This document shows, piece after piece, positions 26,629 through 40,000 of a DNA stretch of 64,000 nucleotides. The notes beneath the pieces are model-generated. The model ran no database searches and was not told where the DNA came from. It was given only the letters and a program-made list of their open reading frames with translations. The translations under genes and the position numbers were made by a program. The DNA comes from Octopus sinensis. Taxonomy: Eukaryota. Where the stretch lies: assembly GCF_006345805.1 (NCBI RefSeq), contig NC_043010.1:2666001-2730000 (forward strand). Reading direction: 5' to 3'. Position 1 is the stretch's first letter. Every line of letters begins with the position of its first letter.

Positions 26629-27136
26629 TATGAGAGTTAGCTGAAAATACCTAGTTGAATCCGAAAGAGGATGTTCTTTGTTATTTTGAATCAAGCATGT
26701 ATGTATAAATGTGTGTGTAAGAAAATTGAATTCTTGAACTATCATTAATTTCTACCATCCCTAAAAAAGGCTTCTTTCTACAGCTGGGTAGCATGACAAC
26801 TAATTAAAAATACAATGCAATTTCAATCATCCCAGAAAAGACACCTTTCTGCCTTACTTTTTCTTCCTGTTTCCCTTTCTTTTTCTTGCTTCCTTTCTGT
26901 CTTCCAGTCCATCTTCCTTTCTTCTTGTCTTTTTTTTTTCTCACTCTAACCAAGCCTCCAAATATTCACCACACACATACATATGCACACATATAGACTG
27001 AAAATAACAAGGTATATTCACTTCCCTATTCAACTCTAAAATTTTTAATGAATAAATCCCTCATGATGAATCCTTCAGAAAGAGATGAGCACGCTAAGTA
27101 AATAATTATCAAAAGTCCTGACTACCTTCTTTCTCT

Positions 27137-27167
<31 letters not shown>

Positions 27168-27204
27168 TATCATCATCATCGTTTAACATCCGCCTTAAAT
27201 ATAT

Positions 27205-27603
27205 ATGTTTACTCTTTTACTTGTTTCAGTCATTTGACTGTGGCCATGCTGGAGCACCACCTTTAGTCGAGCAAATCGACCCCAGGACTTATTCTTTGTA
27301 AGCCTAGTACTTATTCTATCAGTTTCTTTTGCCGAACTTCTAAGTGACGGGGACGTAAACACACCAGCATCGGTTGTCAAGCAATGCTAGGGGGACAAAA
27401 CAGACACACAAACATACACACACACATATATATATATATACGACAGGCTTCTTTCAGTTTCCGTCTACCAAATCCACTCACAAGGCTTTGGTCGGCCCAA
27501 GGCTATAGTAGAAGACACTTGCCCAAGGTGCCACGCAGTGGGACTGAACCCGGAACCATGTGGTTGGTAAACAAGCTACTTACCACACAGCCACTCCTGT
27601 GCC
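27205..27603 (-). mobile_element. SINE family A
   Basis: Full body with tRNA-like head, CCTTGGGCAAGTGTCTT core-like segment and (GAGTAAAA)n tail. Confidence 0.93.
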
Positions 27604-28210
27604 TATATATATATATACATTATATATACATACATAAAATTTTACAAGGTCAGTGGGGTTAACTACTCATTTTATTGCATAATTCTACAATTGTTTCATT
27701 GATGCTTGGTAGGAAATTTATTGCTGGAATATTATTTTATAATATACTAAATAACACATCGAAATTGTATTATTCTAGTAATCCTAGAAAATATCAAATC
27801 TTCGTGTCTATGCATAAATTCCCTTCCTCTCCTCCAGAATTTTACACAGAACTTAGCTAATCACCAGTTTTCTCCAAAATATTCTCCTTGTATAATAATT
27901 TGCTGGATCTCTACTGAATTATGCTGATATTCTATTAGTCTAAGGTGGCAAACTGGCAGAATTGTTAGCATGCCAAACTGTCTTTATGCTCTAAGTACAA
28001 ATTCTCCTGGGTCAACTTTGCCTTTCGTCCTTTCGGAGTCAATAAAACAAGTACTACTTCAGCAGTGGAGTTGATGTAATCGACCTAACCTTCGCCCCCA
28101 GAGTTACTGGCCTTGTGCCAAAATTTGAAATCAATATTTTGGGGGAACAATTTTATCAAGATTAAGTGAATAAACAGCTAACATTGAATTTAAAGTGATA
28201 TGGTACAATA

Positions 28211-28623
28211 GGCGCAGGAGTGGCTGTGTGGTAAGTAGCTTGCTAACCAACCACATGGTTCTGGGTTCAGTCCCACTGCGTGGCATCTTGGGCAAGTGTC
28301 TTCTGCTATAGCCCCGGGCCGACCAATGCCTTGTGAATGGATTTGGTAGACGGAAACTGAAAGAAGCCTGTCGTATATATGTATATATATATATATCCGT
28401 GTGTGTGCTTGTGTGTCTGTGTTTGTCTCCCTAGCATTGCTTGACAACCGATGCTGGTGTGTTTACGTCCTGTTACTTAGTGGTTCAGCAAAAGAGATCA
28501 ATAAAATAAGTACTGGGCTTACAAAGAATAAGTCCCGGGGTCGATTTGCTTGACTAAAGGTGGTGCTCCAGCATGGCTGCAGTCAAATGACTGAAACAAG
28601 TAAAAGAGTAAAAGAGTAAGAGT
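28211..28623 (+). mobile_element. SINE family A between ~240-bp direct repeats
   Basis: GGCGCAGGAGTGGCTGTGTGG head to GTAAAAGAGTA tail; flanks 27970-28210 and 28624-28868 are ~95% identical. Confidence 0.93.
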
Positions 28624-29623
28624 ATGCCAAACTGTCTTTATGCTCTAAGTGCAAATTCTCCAGGGTCAACTTTGCCTTTCGTCCTTTCGGAATCAATAAA
28701 ACAAGTACTACTTCAGCAGTGGAGTTGATGTAATCGATCTAACCCCCTCCCCCAGAGTTGCTGGCCTTGTGCCAAAATTTGAAATCAATATTTTGGGGGA
28801 ACAATTTTATCAAGATTAATTAAGTAAATAAACAGCGAACATTGAATTTAAAGTGATATGGCACAATAAATGGCTTTTAGAGCAGCATCAGCAGATGCCT
28901 TTGAATATGTTTTCATATTGTTATGATTGGTGCCTACTATCTACTGTATTTGACTAAATTCTGCCACTACAGGCCTTTGCTGATGAGATCCCTAGGCTTA
29001 ATGACTTCTTTAAGATATTAATGCCTTTAACTGTCCTTATATTTATGAGCTTATTTCATTATCCACCTTTCAAAATTGGCAGGATGAGGACACACCCACC
29101 TTAAATTTCTTAAATGCTAGTATTTCTGAATGGAAATTTCACTTGTTGATAATCTGTTGATTAATCAGTAACTTACTGCCCACTTGTTATTTGGTTGCCT
29201 GATAAGTTAGAAGTTATGTAATGTATTACACACTCTAACTAACTGTATTATGCTTATGTCACAAGAAAGACTCCTAATGAAACAATTGTAGCAATAGGAG
29301 ATAATCCATCCATCTGTTTTTTTATTTTATTTTACACTATTCTTAAGTTTCTATTTGATATTGGATAATTTTGGATATTTTTGGATACAACTGAAACTGT
29401 GAATTAGCCAACAACTGTGAGCTTCCCTCACTGATGCATTCCATGCTAAGAAAATGGATTATTTAACTCTCTGTTTTGCGTCATTCAGTCTAGCCAATTT
29501 ATGGTGGGATGCTACACTTCAATATGCCTTGATCCTTTATGGCTCCCCTGCAATCATAACTACAAACACTTGTACACACACACATGCATATGTTATATAT
29601 ACATATATACATACATACATACA

Positions 29624-29680
<57 letters not shown>

Positions 29681-29897
29681 CACACACACATATAATTATG
29701 TATACATAATGTGCACATAATGTATATAAAATTATATCTCTCTCTATCAGTCTATCTAGCTGTAAATCTATCGATTTCTTTCTCTGTGTGTGTGTATATA
29801 TATATATATATTTGTGTGTGTGTGTGGTGTGTAGGTAAGAACTATGGATCTTTCATTCTGCAACACTGTGAGTTTGTGGGATAAAATATCCTGGTTA

Positions 29898-29935
<38 letters not shown>

Positions 29936-30442
29936 CACACACATATACACAAATACATATATACATGCATATATATGTGCATGTGTGTATGTGTATGCAT
30001 ACATGTATGTATATATATATTCTATGACTGGAGGCTATTGAAGACGAAAAGATTGTTGTGTTATAAAGCCTCAGCAAACTATAACCTACAGATCTAACTG
30101 ATGCTATACCACATCTAGACCTATCTACTTAACCCTTTAACTGCAAATTTAAATTTCATGGTTATTCCAGTAATGATATTAAATATCTATCAAAAAGTGG
30201 AATTGGTTCTTTTTCTTTATTCTCTGCAAGTCACGTTGCTTCCATAAACTTGACACATCTCAATAGAAAATATTTTCAAATATGACATTCTCCAACAAAA
30301 GATAGATTGGTGAATAAAACTGCTTTCTGCAGTTAAGGCTAATGAAATTTTGAATGGATCTATATCTGATTTCTGCAGTAAAAGAGTTAAGATCATCAGA
30401 ATGGATAAAAATGGATGCTAAAAGTATACTGCTGCTACTGCA

Positions 30443-30475
<33 letters not shown>

Positions 30476-32117
30476 GGGTTTATGATGATGATGATGATGG
30501 TGATGATGATGTTGATGATGAGGAGGAGGAGGATGATAATGACACAGCATTGACAACATCAGTGATAACAATCATGATTGCTTAATCATATTGTTTAACT
30601 AACTCTAAGTTAAGCCAGACTCTTCAAAACAGTGAGAAAATGGTGTTTGAACTAGGAAGCATTCCCTCAGTTTCGTATTTTCGGGCAGTGTTTCTCTCTA
30701 TCCAACTCATTCCCTATCTATCTCTAATCATTTGTCACACTACTCTCACTATACCGACCCATCCAACTTTTCTGATCTCCTATCCTAATATTCAACTTAT
30801 ACAATGACCTCACATCTCTCCCTCTCTCCCTCTCTATCTATCTCCATTTCTGTTTCCATATAGGGGAGTCATGTATCTATCTTTTCAGCAAGACACCTAC
30901 TTCTGTCCCTCTATACTTACTTCTTTATCCCTCAGTACGATACCCCAATCAGTTGAGGGATTTTGTCTTGCTAGTTCTTGGTGACCAGAGAAATGTTGCT
31001 GGTGTTTCTAGCTGCTTTAGTGACCACATAGAGGCCCCTCTCCTTGACTCAATATGTTTGTACTTATATGTGACATGTATGTATGTGGGGTATGTATATA
31101 TTACAAGCATACATGATATATGTATGCATGTAATATGTATGTAAACATGTTTGTATGAATGTATGGTGTACATATATATGTATGTATTTATGTTAAGTGT
31201 CTGTGTTTATATGTGTGCATGTATATATGTATGGCACTTATGCATGTATATATGTTATGTATGTATGTATATATGTTATGTAAGTGTGTATGTATGAATG
31301 AGGCATATATATGGTGTGTATAACATGTATACATTTATGTATGGTTGTATTGTACATATATATAGTATATGTATATGTATGTACAATTTATAAAACATTT
31401 CACTAACGTTAGCATAAAAAATTTTGAGGTAAAGTGATGCAAAATAGAAAAAATAGAATGGAGAAAAGAAGAAAGAAAGAGAGAAAAAATTCCAAGAAAT
31501 AAAAACCAGAACCTATTATTCGTTGCATGAAACATGTTATTGTAAATTCTTCTTCCAAAGCCTTCAGCATCACAAGCATTCTTCACTGTGTTGCTGTGAT
31601 GTCTAAGCTTATTCTTCCATGATAATTCTATGCATGGGTAGCTTGATTACAATGTGAGAAAGAAGTCACCCTTATGTGGCTGAAGGAGAATTGGTTTTAA
31701 TTTTTTTTTTCTGCTTTTTGTTTGAAGTATTTATCTGAATATTTCTTAGAGAAAACGTTCAGTTGCAAGTTATCGCAAATTCACCAAGGCTTGAAATATA
31801 TACAAGACGTCAGGTGGTAGAGACATGTTTGAATATTATTAAACTTTTTCTTATACACCTTCACCTTTGTTATGTCTCTGAATGTGTGTAGAAGTGCCTA
31901 CAAGTGCATGTGAATATATGTGTGTGTGTGTGTGTGTGTGTATACTTATAAGTATGTATGTGTAAATGAGCAAGTTTGATTTAGCAGTTGGATATGTTAG
32001 GGTATTAAAATTTTAAATTTTCATTGAAATCTGTAAAATGAATTTGTTCAAATGAAGACTTGGAATATTTCTTCATACAAACTACACTACTACATATACA
32101 TACACACACACACACCT

Positions 32118-32150
<33 letters not shown>

Positions 32151-32234
32151 CACACACATATACCAGAGTAAGCACAAATATGGGAAAGAAGGTGGGAAAA
32201 ATAGTACTCGAATACCAGAGGTAGAGTAATATTC

Positions 32235-32375
32235 TTTATTAAAAAAGCAGCAATGATATTACAAAAATTGTTACTTAGAGATTCACGTTGCCGTTCATTG
32301 GACAGTTTTGAAAACTGTCCAACGAATGGGAACGTGAAACAGTTTTTGTGATATCTTTGCTGCTTTTTTAATAAA
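32235..32375. mobile_element. Near-perfect palindrome of Penelope-like termini with hammerhead-like core
   Basis: Arms meet at GGACAGTTTT-G-AAAACTGTCC; minus strand of left arm reads AAAACUGU-CCAAUGA-ACG(GCAA)CGU-GAAU-CU(CUA)AG-UA-ACAAUUUU. Confidence 0.65.
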
Positions 32376-32653
32376 TTCAAGCCCAAAATATCGCATACAA
32401 AGTAAGTCTACATTAATTCACATGGTTGTTTTCTTGTGATTTACCTTGCATTTACTTCACATTGTTTAGGCTTTACTAATGATCCTTTATACAATATATA
32501 TATATTAATAAAAGTGTACAGAATTATATAACAATTATGGCTGCTCTTATCAATTGGTTTCACACTAGGTGTTTAACAGAGTATTAGGTAACAACCCAAT
32601 TATGTAAACCTGCACTCTTCAGAGGTAGCTGTTATAGAATGAAATATGGCAAC

Positions 32654-32689
<36 letters not shown>

Positions 32690-32714
32690 TATATATATAT
32701 CATCATATATATAT

Positions 32715-32975
32715 ATCATCATCAACATCCGTTTTTCATGCTGGCAGTTCGACTGGGATCTGGAAAGCCAGGAGGCTGCACCAGGCACATGTCTGATCTG
32801 GCAATGTTTCAACAGCTGGATGCCCTTCCTAACGCCAACCACTCTGTGAGTGTAGGGGCCAGAGGGGGCTAGCATTGACCACAATCGGATGGTGCTTTAT
32901 ACGTGCCACTGGCACAGGAGCCAGTCAAGGCAGTGTTAGCATCGGCCACATTCAAATGGTGCTTTTTACGTGTGT
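32715..32975 (-). mobile_element. RTE 3' end (family D)
   Basis: GCTGGATGCCCTTCCTAACGCCAACC plus upstream GTGCC/GGCAC units. Confidence 0.8.
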
Positions 32976-33419
32976 AAAAAAGAAATAATAATAATAAAAT
33001 ATGTACTGGGATTGATTTCTTTGACTAAACAGTTCAAGGTGGTGCACCAGCATGGCCAGAGTCTAGTGACTGAAACAAGCAAAAGATAAAAGATGTATAT
33101 TGCACTTTGCTAAGAATGAGTACACATGCACCATCATTGTGCTTTAAAAACACAATTGATAAATATCCTAGCATTTTGCTACTTGCTTCAATAACTCATA
33201 GCACACCTGGAGATCACATGCAACTCACCTGTACGTAGAGGTGCGGCAGCTGAAAATTTCTTCTATGCAGTCAGAAGACAAATGTCCTTAGTGGTTTGTA
33301 CCTGTATAACCCAACAAATGTTGTAGCATATTAGCTTGTAGTGAAGAAGAGTATAAAAGAAGCAACATTGATCATTGTACAATTTCTGAATTCCTCTTTG
33401 ATGCTATTAACTCTTTTAT

Positions 33420-34030
33420 ATATGTATTCATATATATATATATATATATAATAATGTGTATATATGTATGTGTATATATATATGTATATATACATGTATA
33501 CATATATATGTGTATATATATATGTATATATACATGTATACATATATATGTGTATATATATATGTATATATATATACATGTATACATATATATGTGTATA
33601 TATATATGTATATATATTATATATATATATATATACATATATATGTGTGTATATATATATACATATATGTGTATATATATACATATATGTGTATATATAT
33701 ATATACATATATATGTGTATATATATATATATACATATATGTGTATATATATACATATACATATATGTGTATATATATACATATATATGTGTATATATAT
33801 ATATACATATATATGTGTATATATATATATATACATATATATGTGTATATATATATATATAAATACATATATGTATATATATATATGCATGTATATATAT
33901 ATATGTAAATACATATATGCATGTATATATATATGTAAATACATATATATATGTATATATAAATATATGTATGCATATATATATGTATGCATATATATGT
34001 ATGTATATATATATATATATATATGTATGT

Positions 34031-34084
<54 letters not shown>

Positions 34085-34100
34085 CACACACACACACACA
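33420..34100. repeat. Compound (AT)/(GT)/(AC) microsatellite
   Basis: Low-complexity; produces several 150-300 aa I/Y/H/T/C pseudo-ORFs. Confidence 0.95.
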
Positions 34101-34457
34101 TACTGACAGAAACTAGTGCATTGGAATCAATGTGCCTGAAATATGAATAATTAGAATTATTGGATATGATGGATGGCAGCCATGAAATTTTACCTTCAGC
34201 AGAAAATATACACAAAATGACATCTCCAATGTTGACTGTAATCATCTCTTCTGGATGCTTACTCATGTGGCAGGTGTTGTGTTTTGTACTTTGTTACCAT
34301 AAACTTAATCATGATGTTACCAGTCTTCTGACAGATGGCAGTGATGCTAAATATAGAATGCGGTAGTACTAAATATTTTTATTCGTTATCTTTTGTCCTT
34401 AACTTGTTTCAGTCACTGAACTGTGGTCATGCTGGAGCACCAGCCTGAAGGATTTAA

Positions 34458-34633
34458 CCCCTAAGCGTTCAGTGTATTCTGTCAAACGTAATACTTATTT
34501 ACTCATACTATTTTGAATTAATCATGCATTATCTTGTAGCTTTGAGATTTCAATGATGTCATTATTTACTTCGAGAACGACATTGTATGGTAAGTGTGAG
34601 AGGCTAGATTTGGCCAGTTTAAACCCTAAAGGG
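34458..34633. mobile_element. piggyBac-like MITE nested in a degenerate SINE A
   Basis: TTAA|CCCCTAAG...CTAAAGGG|TTAA; shares TTTTGAATTAATCATGCATTATCTTGTAGCTTTGAGAT with 2303-2503 (inverted). Confidence 0.75.
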
Positions 34634-35100
34634 TTAATCAAACAAATTGACCCCAGCACTAATTTTTATTTAAGGCTTGTACTTATATTACTGGCAGCTT
34701 TTGCCAAACTGCTAGGTTAGAGGAACATAAACAAACCAACACCAGTTGTCAGACAGTGGTGATAGTGGGAGAGAAACATAACACAAAGACACACACACAC
34801 ACATCATCATCATTTAATGTCCAGTTGTCCATGCTTGCACAGATCAGTTGGGATTTGTTCAAGCAGATTTTTTACAGCCAGATACTCTCCCTGTCACCAA
34901 CCCTCATCTGTTTCCAAGTAAGGTAATATTATATGACACTTCCAGAGTATGTTTTCCATGGAAAACTGAAAATGAGCATCACTTTTATGACAGTGATGTT
35001 CATTTACAGCCTTCAAATGAAGTCTAGACAAGCGTGCATACAACTACATATATATTATATATATGTGTGTGTGCGTGTGTGTGTATATATATATATATAT

Positions 35101-35410
35101 GTGGAGGCACAATGGCCTAGTGGTTAGGGCAGCGGACTCGCGGTTGTAGGATCGCGGATTCGATTCCCAGACCGGGCGTTGTGAGTGTTTATTGAGTGAA
35201 AACACCTAAAAACTCCACGAGGCTCCGGCAGGGGGACGTGGCGATCCCTGCTCTACTCTTTCACCACAACTTTCTCTCACTCTTTCTTCTGTTGGCCTGC
35301 TCGCTTAGCCAGCGGGGTGGCGTCATTTAAAGGCTAAAACAATGTGAAGCGCATTGTGACCAGTGATGTGTAGCAACATCTGATAGCCTGGTCGGTCACG
35401 GTGATCACAG
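35101..35410 (+). mobile_element. SINE family C
   Basis: Near-identical to 25512-25803 and 41586-41886. Confidence 0.93.
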
Positions 35411-36074
35411 TGATATATATATGTGTGTGCTAGCAGAAATAACCGATGTTGCCTGGGTTAAAGAAAACAATGAAATTCAAAAATGCCTTTTAGATCTTTA
35501 ACATGAAACATAGACTACACAGGTCTTACCTCCTAGTAGCTGAGATACCAACTTTATATGTTAATAACCCAGTATTTCCCAGGTTGTTGAAAATAATGAA
35601 ATTTAAGTGTGCCTTTTAAATCTCTAACTAAGATGAAACACAAACTATGCAGTTCTCAACAGTAATTAGCTGAGTACAAACTATTAATGTCAATAATATA
35701 TTTTGTCCAACGCTCTCACTGTTAAAATTGTTAAAAGAAACAGGTAGTTCTTTGTCTTTGCAATCGTCTTCAATTGCAAGTTCTTATTTGAAACACGTTG
35801 AACCTGAAAATGCATAAATTTGAGGAGAACCGACCTGTGAACGCGCCTCTCCTGTTAATAAGTACATTTAACAAAAATTCTATCAGACGGCGTCAGTATA
35901 AACAAATGTATTGAAACAAATTTGGAAATCAATCACAGTTTAATCATCTAGAGCTTCTAAATATACGATGTTTAAAGTGTTTCCTTTAATTGGTGTATAA
36001 ATGAAAAGATTTTGGGGACTTCCAACTCACAAACATCCATGAGAGAAGCAAGTCCAACTTCTCCCAGTTTCCTT

Positions 36075-36319
36075 GGCGTATGGTTCCCCATCTGGACGGG
36101 ACGCTGGTCCATCACAGGTGAGCTGCAAGATGCAGGAGGAAAGAGTGAGAGAAAGTTGTGACAAAAGAGTCAGCAGAAGTTCGCCATTACCCTCTGCCAG
36201 AGCCACGTGGAGCTTAGGTGCTTCGCTCATAAACACACACATCGCCCGGTCTGAGATTCGAACCTGCGATCCCTTGACCGCGAGTCCGCTACTCTAACCA
36301 CTAGGCTATGTGCCTCCAC
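36075..36319 (-). mobile_element. Diverged SINE family C relative nested in the Helitron
   Basis: GTGGAGGCACATAGCCTAGTGGTTAGAGTAGCGGACTCGCGGTC head; shares GAAAGAGTGAGAGAAAGTTGTG with family C. Confidence 0.8.
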
Positions 36320-36699
36320 TTAAAATGGAGTCTGTCCTAACTAAATTCAAAGCAACCTTGAAAGTAGATGAACTGTTCGTCTGCCTGTCAAGAGAGTAGC
36401 TGCTATTCCAGAAGATGCTACCGCCAATGCAATACACCCATCTAGACGGACATTTGCTAGCAAAAGGCTGATCAAATACGTCTTGCCAGTATCCCCAGGA
36501 ATATCCAAAAAGAACAGGCCACCCTTTACCTCCTGAGTCATTTCAATGAGGCAATTGTAAGCTGAAATGAACACTCACATAACTATATATATGTTATGTA
36601 TAGGAAACAGATGTGTTAACAATTGATCAATTAAATGAAATCTCCGTATGAAAATGTTTTTATCACACACACATCTTACACAAACGGAAAGCCGGAGAA

Positions 36700-37259
36700 T
36701 GCATAACTACAGATTTCTACCCCACGCCCTCCCGAATTTGGATGATCATGACTTTCAGGAAAATGGATATTTTTTAATTAAATTTTCTACGAATATGTGT
36801 TATATCATGTATATTCCGAATATACAAACTTTTGTGGGGGTAAGTGTTATAGGAGGAGGTGGGGGTGGATTTTCGGAAAATTCGCCAGAGTCCACTTCAA
36901 TTCGTCTTAACTTTCAGGAAAATGAATAATTTTTAATGAAATTGACTACAAATATACCTCGGAGTATGTAGATTCGGAGCATATAGGATATTTGGAGAAA
37001 ACAATTGGAGGTTATTTTTGAGAACTGTTCCCCACTCGGGAGTGTTTCGGAACAAGTCCATATTTGTTTCATTTTCTCTGTTTCGTGCATTTGTTCATCC
37101 GTATATAAAATCCTTAACCTCAGCCGTAAAATTTCGGGAAAAAACTGAAGTGAGAGTGATGGGGGGGGGGGCATATTCGTAGAAAACTTCATTAAAAAAT
37201 ATCCATTTTTCTGAAAGTTATTATCCAAAGTCAGGGGAGCAGAAATTCGTAGTTATGCC
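36700..37259. mobile_element. MULE/Mutator-like non-autonomous element
   Basis: 9-bp TSD GCCGGAGAA (36691-36699, 37260-37268); ~90-bp imperfect TIRs starting (G/T)GCATAACTAC. Confidence 0.72.
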
Positions 37260-38014
37260 GCCGGAGAAGAATATAAAAAATTTAAGTACCTTTAGAAATG
37301 CCTTTTTTCCGAAATCGTCACGACTGAATATGAAATGTTAATAAGGCGACTTGTTCCAAAAATGTCCGAAATATGTATTGGAAAATCAAGAAAAAGGCGT
37401 CTACCTCCGTATGAAATTTTTTCCTTACGTGAAAGTACCTTTTGAAATTCTTTATCAGAAATCGTCACAACTGTATACATACATGCATATATACACGCAC
37501 GGGTGTAAATAGTTGGTTAAGACGCCAATTATAGAAAGTTCAAAGTTAGTTATTACGTCAGAATATCAAAGACAGGAAGTTCAGAAAACGATTTGAAGAA
37601 GTGAATCTTTATACATATAAAGCAATATTATTTATTTTTACCCAAAAAAAAACAAACAATTATGACCATATTATTCTTTCCAAGGTCAAATTATTCCTAT
37701 GCCCAAGTATGGTCAAATTGATCCCGAGGTTTGAGCGTGTTTTGAGGACACACACACACACAGACAGGGTGTTTTATATATTAAGAGGATAAACTCTGAA
37801 TTTACCTGTCGAGAACTTTCCTACATACCTTGTCTCTGATGATAGAAAACCCAGTGTACAGACATGTTAGCCTATCACTTGGGATATCCCAGAAACAGGT
37901 GTAAGACTTCAAATTTCCCATACCCTAAGTAAATATTCTAAATGACTTGAGACTCCTGCCTTGGTTTTTGTTGTCCTTTTCCCTCTAATATACACACACA
38001 CACACATATATATA

Positions 38015-38887
38015 CGTGGTCTGATCAATAAGTATCCGGACTGTTGCCATAGTAATGAAGCTAAAGCATGGAGAGTGAAGCCACTTGGCACAGATTGACC
38101 TTGAACTCTGCTGTGCATGCACACTAAGTTTTAACATTCCAGCTCACTTCTGCTGTTTACAGCAATGCTTGGAAGGAAGATGTATAGTGTGTGATTATGG
38201 TATTGACTATGAGGAAGTAAGATGAGCAGACAATCTGCATCAAATTTTGCCAAAAGCTTAGTGATATCTGCTCAGAGGTCTATGCAAAGTTTTCAAGAAG
38301 TTTTCATTATTCTCAACACAATCAAGGAGATCTTGTACAACTGAAACCTGAGTGTCTTTTTGGTCAGCTGAAAGCAGTTTTGGCACAAACTTCACAGACA
38401 CGAATTGCATACCCAAATCTTCAGGGATAATGGACTGAACTGAACCATAACTAATCTGCACATCCTCTGATGACACACAGATGTTGATTTGGTGATTTCC
38501 CCTCACAGCTGCAAGCACATCTGCGATGCTTTTCTCAGTTTTGCTAGTTACGGGTCTCTTAGAATGTTCGTCAATATCAACATTTTTTCTGCCATCTTGA
38601 AAACTTCTGAACCACTCCTACACTTCTCTATACCTTTTCTGCAACTTTGCATAGGTGTCTGAACAAGTATCGCCATGTCAATTTTCTCTTTCTTGGTCAA
38701 TGCAAGATTCACATGCTACACACCTTCCTTCCAAGTACTGCTGTAAACAGCAAAAGTGAGCTACAACGTTAAAGCTTAGTGTCCGTGCACAACAGAGTTA
38801 AAGGTCAATCTTTGCCAAGCGGCTTCACCCTATGTGCTTTAGCTTCATTACTATGGCAATAGTTCAGATACTTATTGATCAGAATTC

Positions 38888-38888
<1 letters not shown>
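38015..38888. mobile_element. mariner derivative built from two inverted 5' ends
   Basis: Both ends read TCTGATCAATAAGTATC..ACT.TTGCCATAGTAATGAAGCTAAAGCA; left arm encodes EQTICIKFCQKL, right arm (minus) encodes VQSIIPEDLGMQFVSVKFVPKLLSADQK. Confidence 0.85.
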
Positions 38889-38946
<58 letters not shown>

Positions 38947-39404
38947 CATATATATATATATATAATAACAAAATAATAAATAATGCATATGCATATATAC
39001 ATACATATATGTACATACTAACATCTATATGTATATATACATGCATATATGGATACAGGACACCAAAAAACGTAGAGTACAATGAGAAATGAAAACATAA
39101 AAAAACATGGAAACGGACTTTCTTCAAACAACGGAAAAACAGAGTACAAGACATACAACACAAGGAATATTCCCCTTCTTCACCTGTTCCTGCTTCGACT
39201 ACTCAGTGTTTCGAAGGTAAGGGCAAGACACGACTTCGTTGAAACAGTCCTTCCTGCAAAGCAAATTAAATAAAATTTGGGATTTTTTGCAGAGAGGTAA
39301 AAGTGGTAACAAGAACAGGACAGTAAAAACAATACAAATAAAAACAGCAAAAGACAGGACAAGAAGAATAACACAGTAAAAACAAACGGTAAGGGCTGTT
39401 AAGC

Positions 39405-39444
<40 letters not shown>

Positions 39445-39641
39445 AATTCGTCGTTCAACTACATTCTTTCATTTATTTGTATTTAAAAAAACACACAAAT
39501 TTCCACACGAAAGCACGTGATCTCTGCCCTAGGCATGTAGCTTCAACCGTATTTTTCTGACGTGAATTTGCTACCCAGGTATCGGTTAACCGAATTATCT
39601 ATAATAAGATAATTCATTCAACTACTCAAATATATATATGT

Positions 39642-39673
<32 letters not shown>

Positions 39674-39720
39674 TGTGTATCTGTGTGGGGCTGGGGGTAT
39701 CTGTGTGTGTGTGTATGAAA

Positions 39721-40000
39721 GCACGTGCCTCAGTGGTTAGAGCATCAGGCTCACAATCATGAAGCAGTTAGTTCAATTCTTGTACCAGGCTGTGTGTTGT
39801 GTTCTTCAGCAAGACACTTTAGTTCATGTTGCTCCAGTTCACTCAATTGTAGAAATGAGTTGTGACGTCACTGGTGCTGAGCTGTATCGGCCCCTTTGCT
39901 TCTCCCTTGAATAATTTTAGTGGTGTGGTCTTCCATAAACAACCTCGCCCAAACCTGTACCTTGGAGGGGAAATTTCTAGGTGCAATCACATGGTCATTC
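39721..40000 (+). mobile_element. tRNA-headed SINE, family E, with inverted partial copy at 40105-40170
   Basis: GCACGTGCCTCAGTGGTTAGAGC head, GTTCAATTC B box, CAGCAAGACACTT core-like segment; 3' part repeated in reverse ~100 bp downstream. Confidence 0.65.

Larger units (their letters stand above)
35430..37789 (-). mobile_element. Internally deleted Helitron with PIF1-like helicase fragments
   Basis: 5' A|TCCTCTTAATATATAAAAC; Walker A region GGLFFLDIPGDTGKTYLISLLL..IALAVASSGIAATLL (36347-36574); C-terminal CFSHG..VGSPQNL..TLNIVYLEAL (35945-36060); degenerate hairpin-CTAG 3' end, duplicated. Confidence 0.82.

Noticed and set aside
34194-34266. Minus-strand GCCACATG start, [24 protein letters not shown], donor G|GTAAAA
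   Set aside because: No recognisable homology, mediocre donor, no supported downstream exon.
39190-39260. Further hammerhead-like motif on the minus strand (TCAACGA...CGAAACACTGAGTA)
   Set aside because: Core has several mismatches and stem I cannot be placed; may be a PLE end but not supportable.
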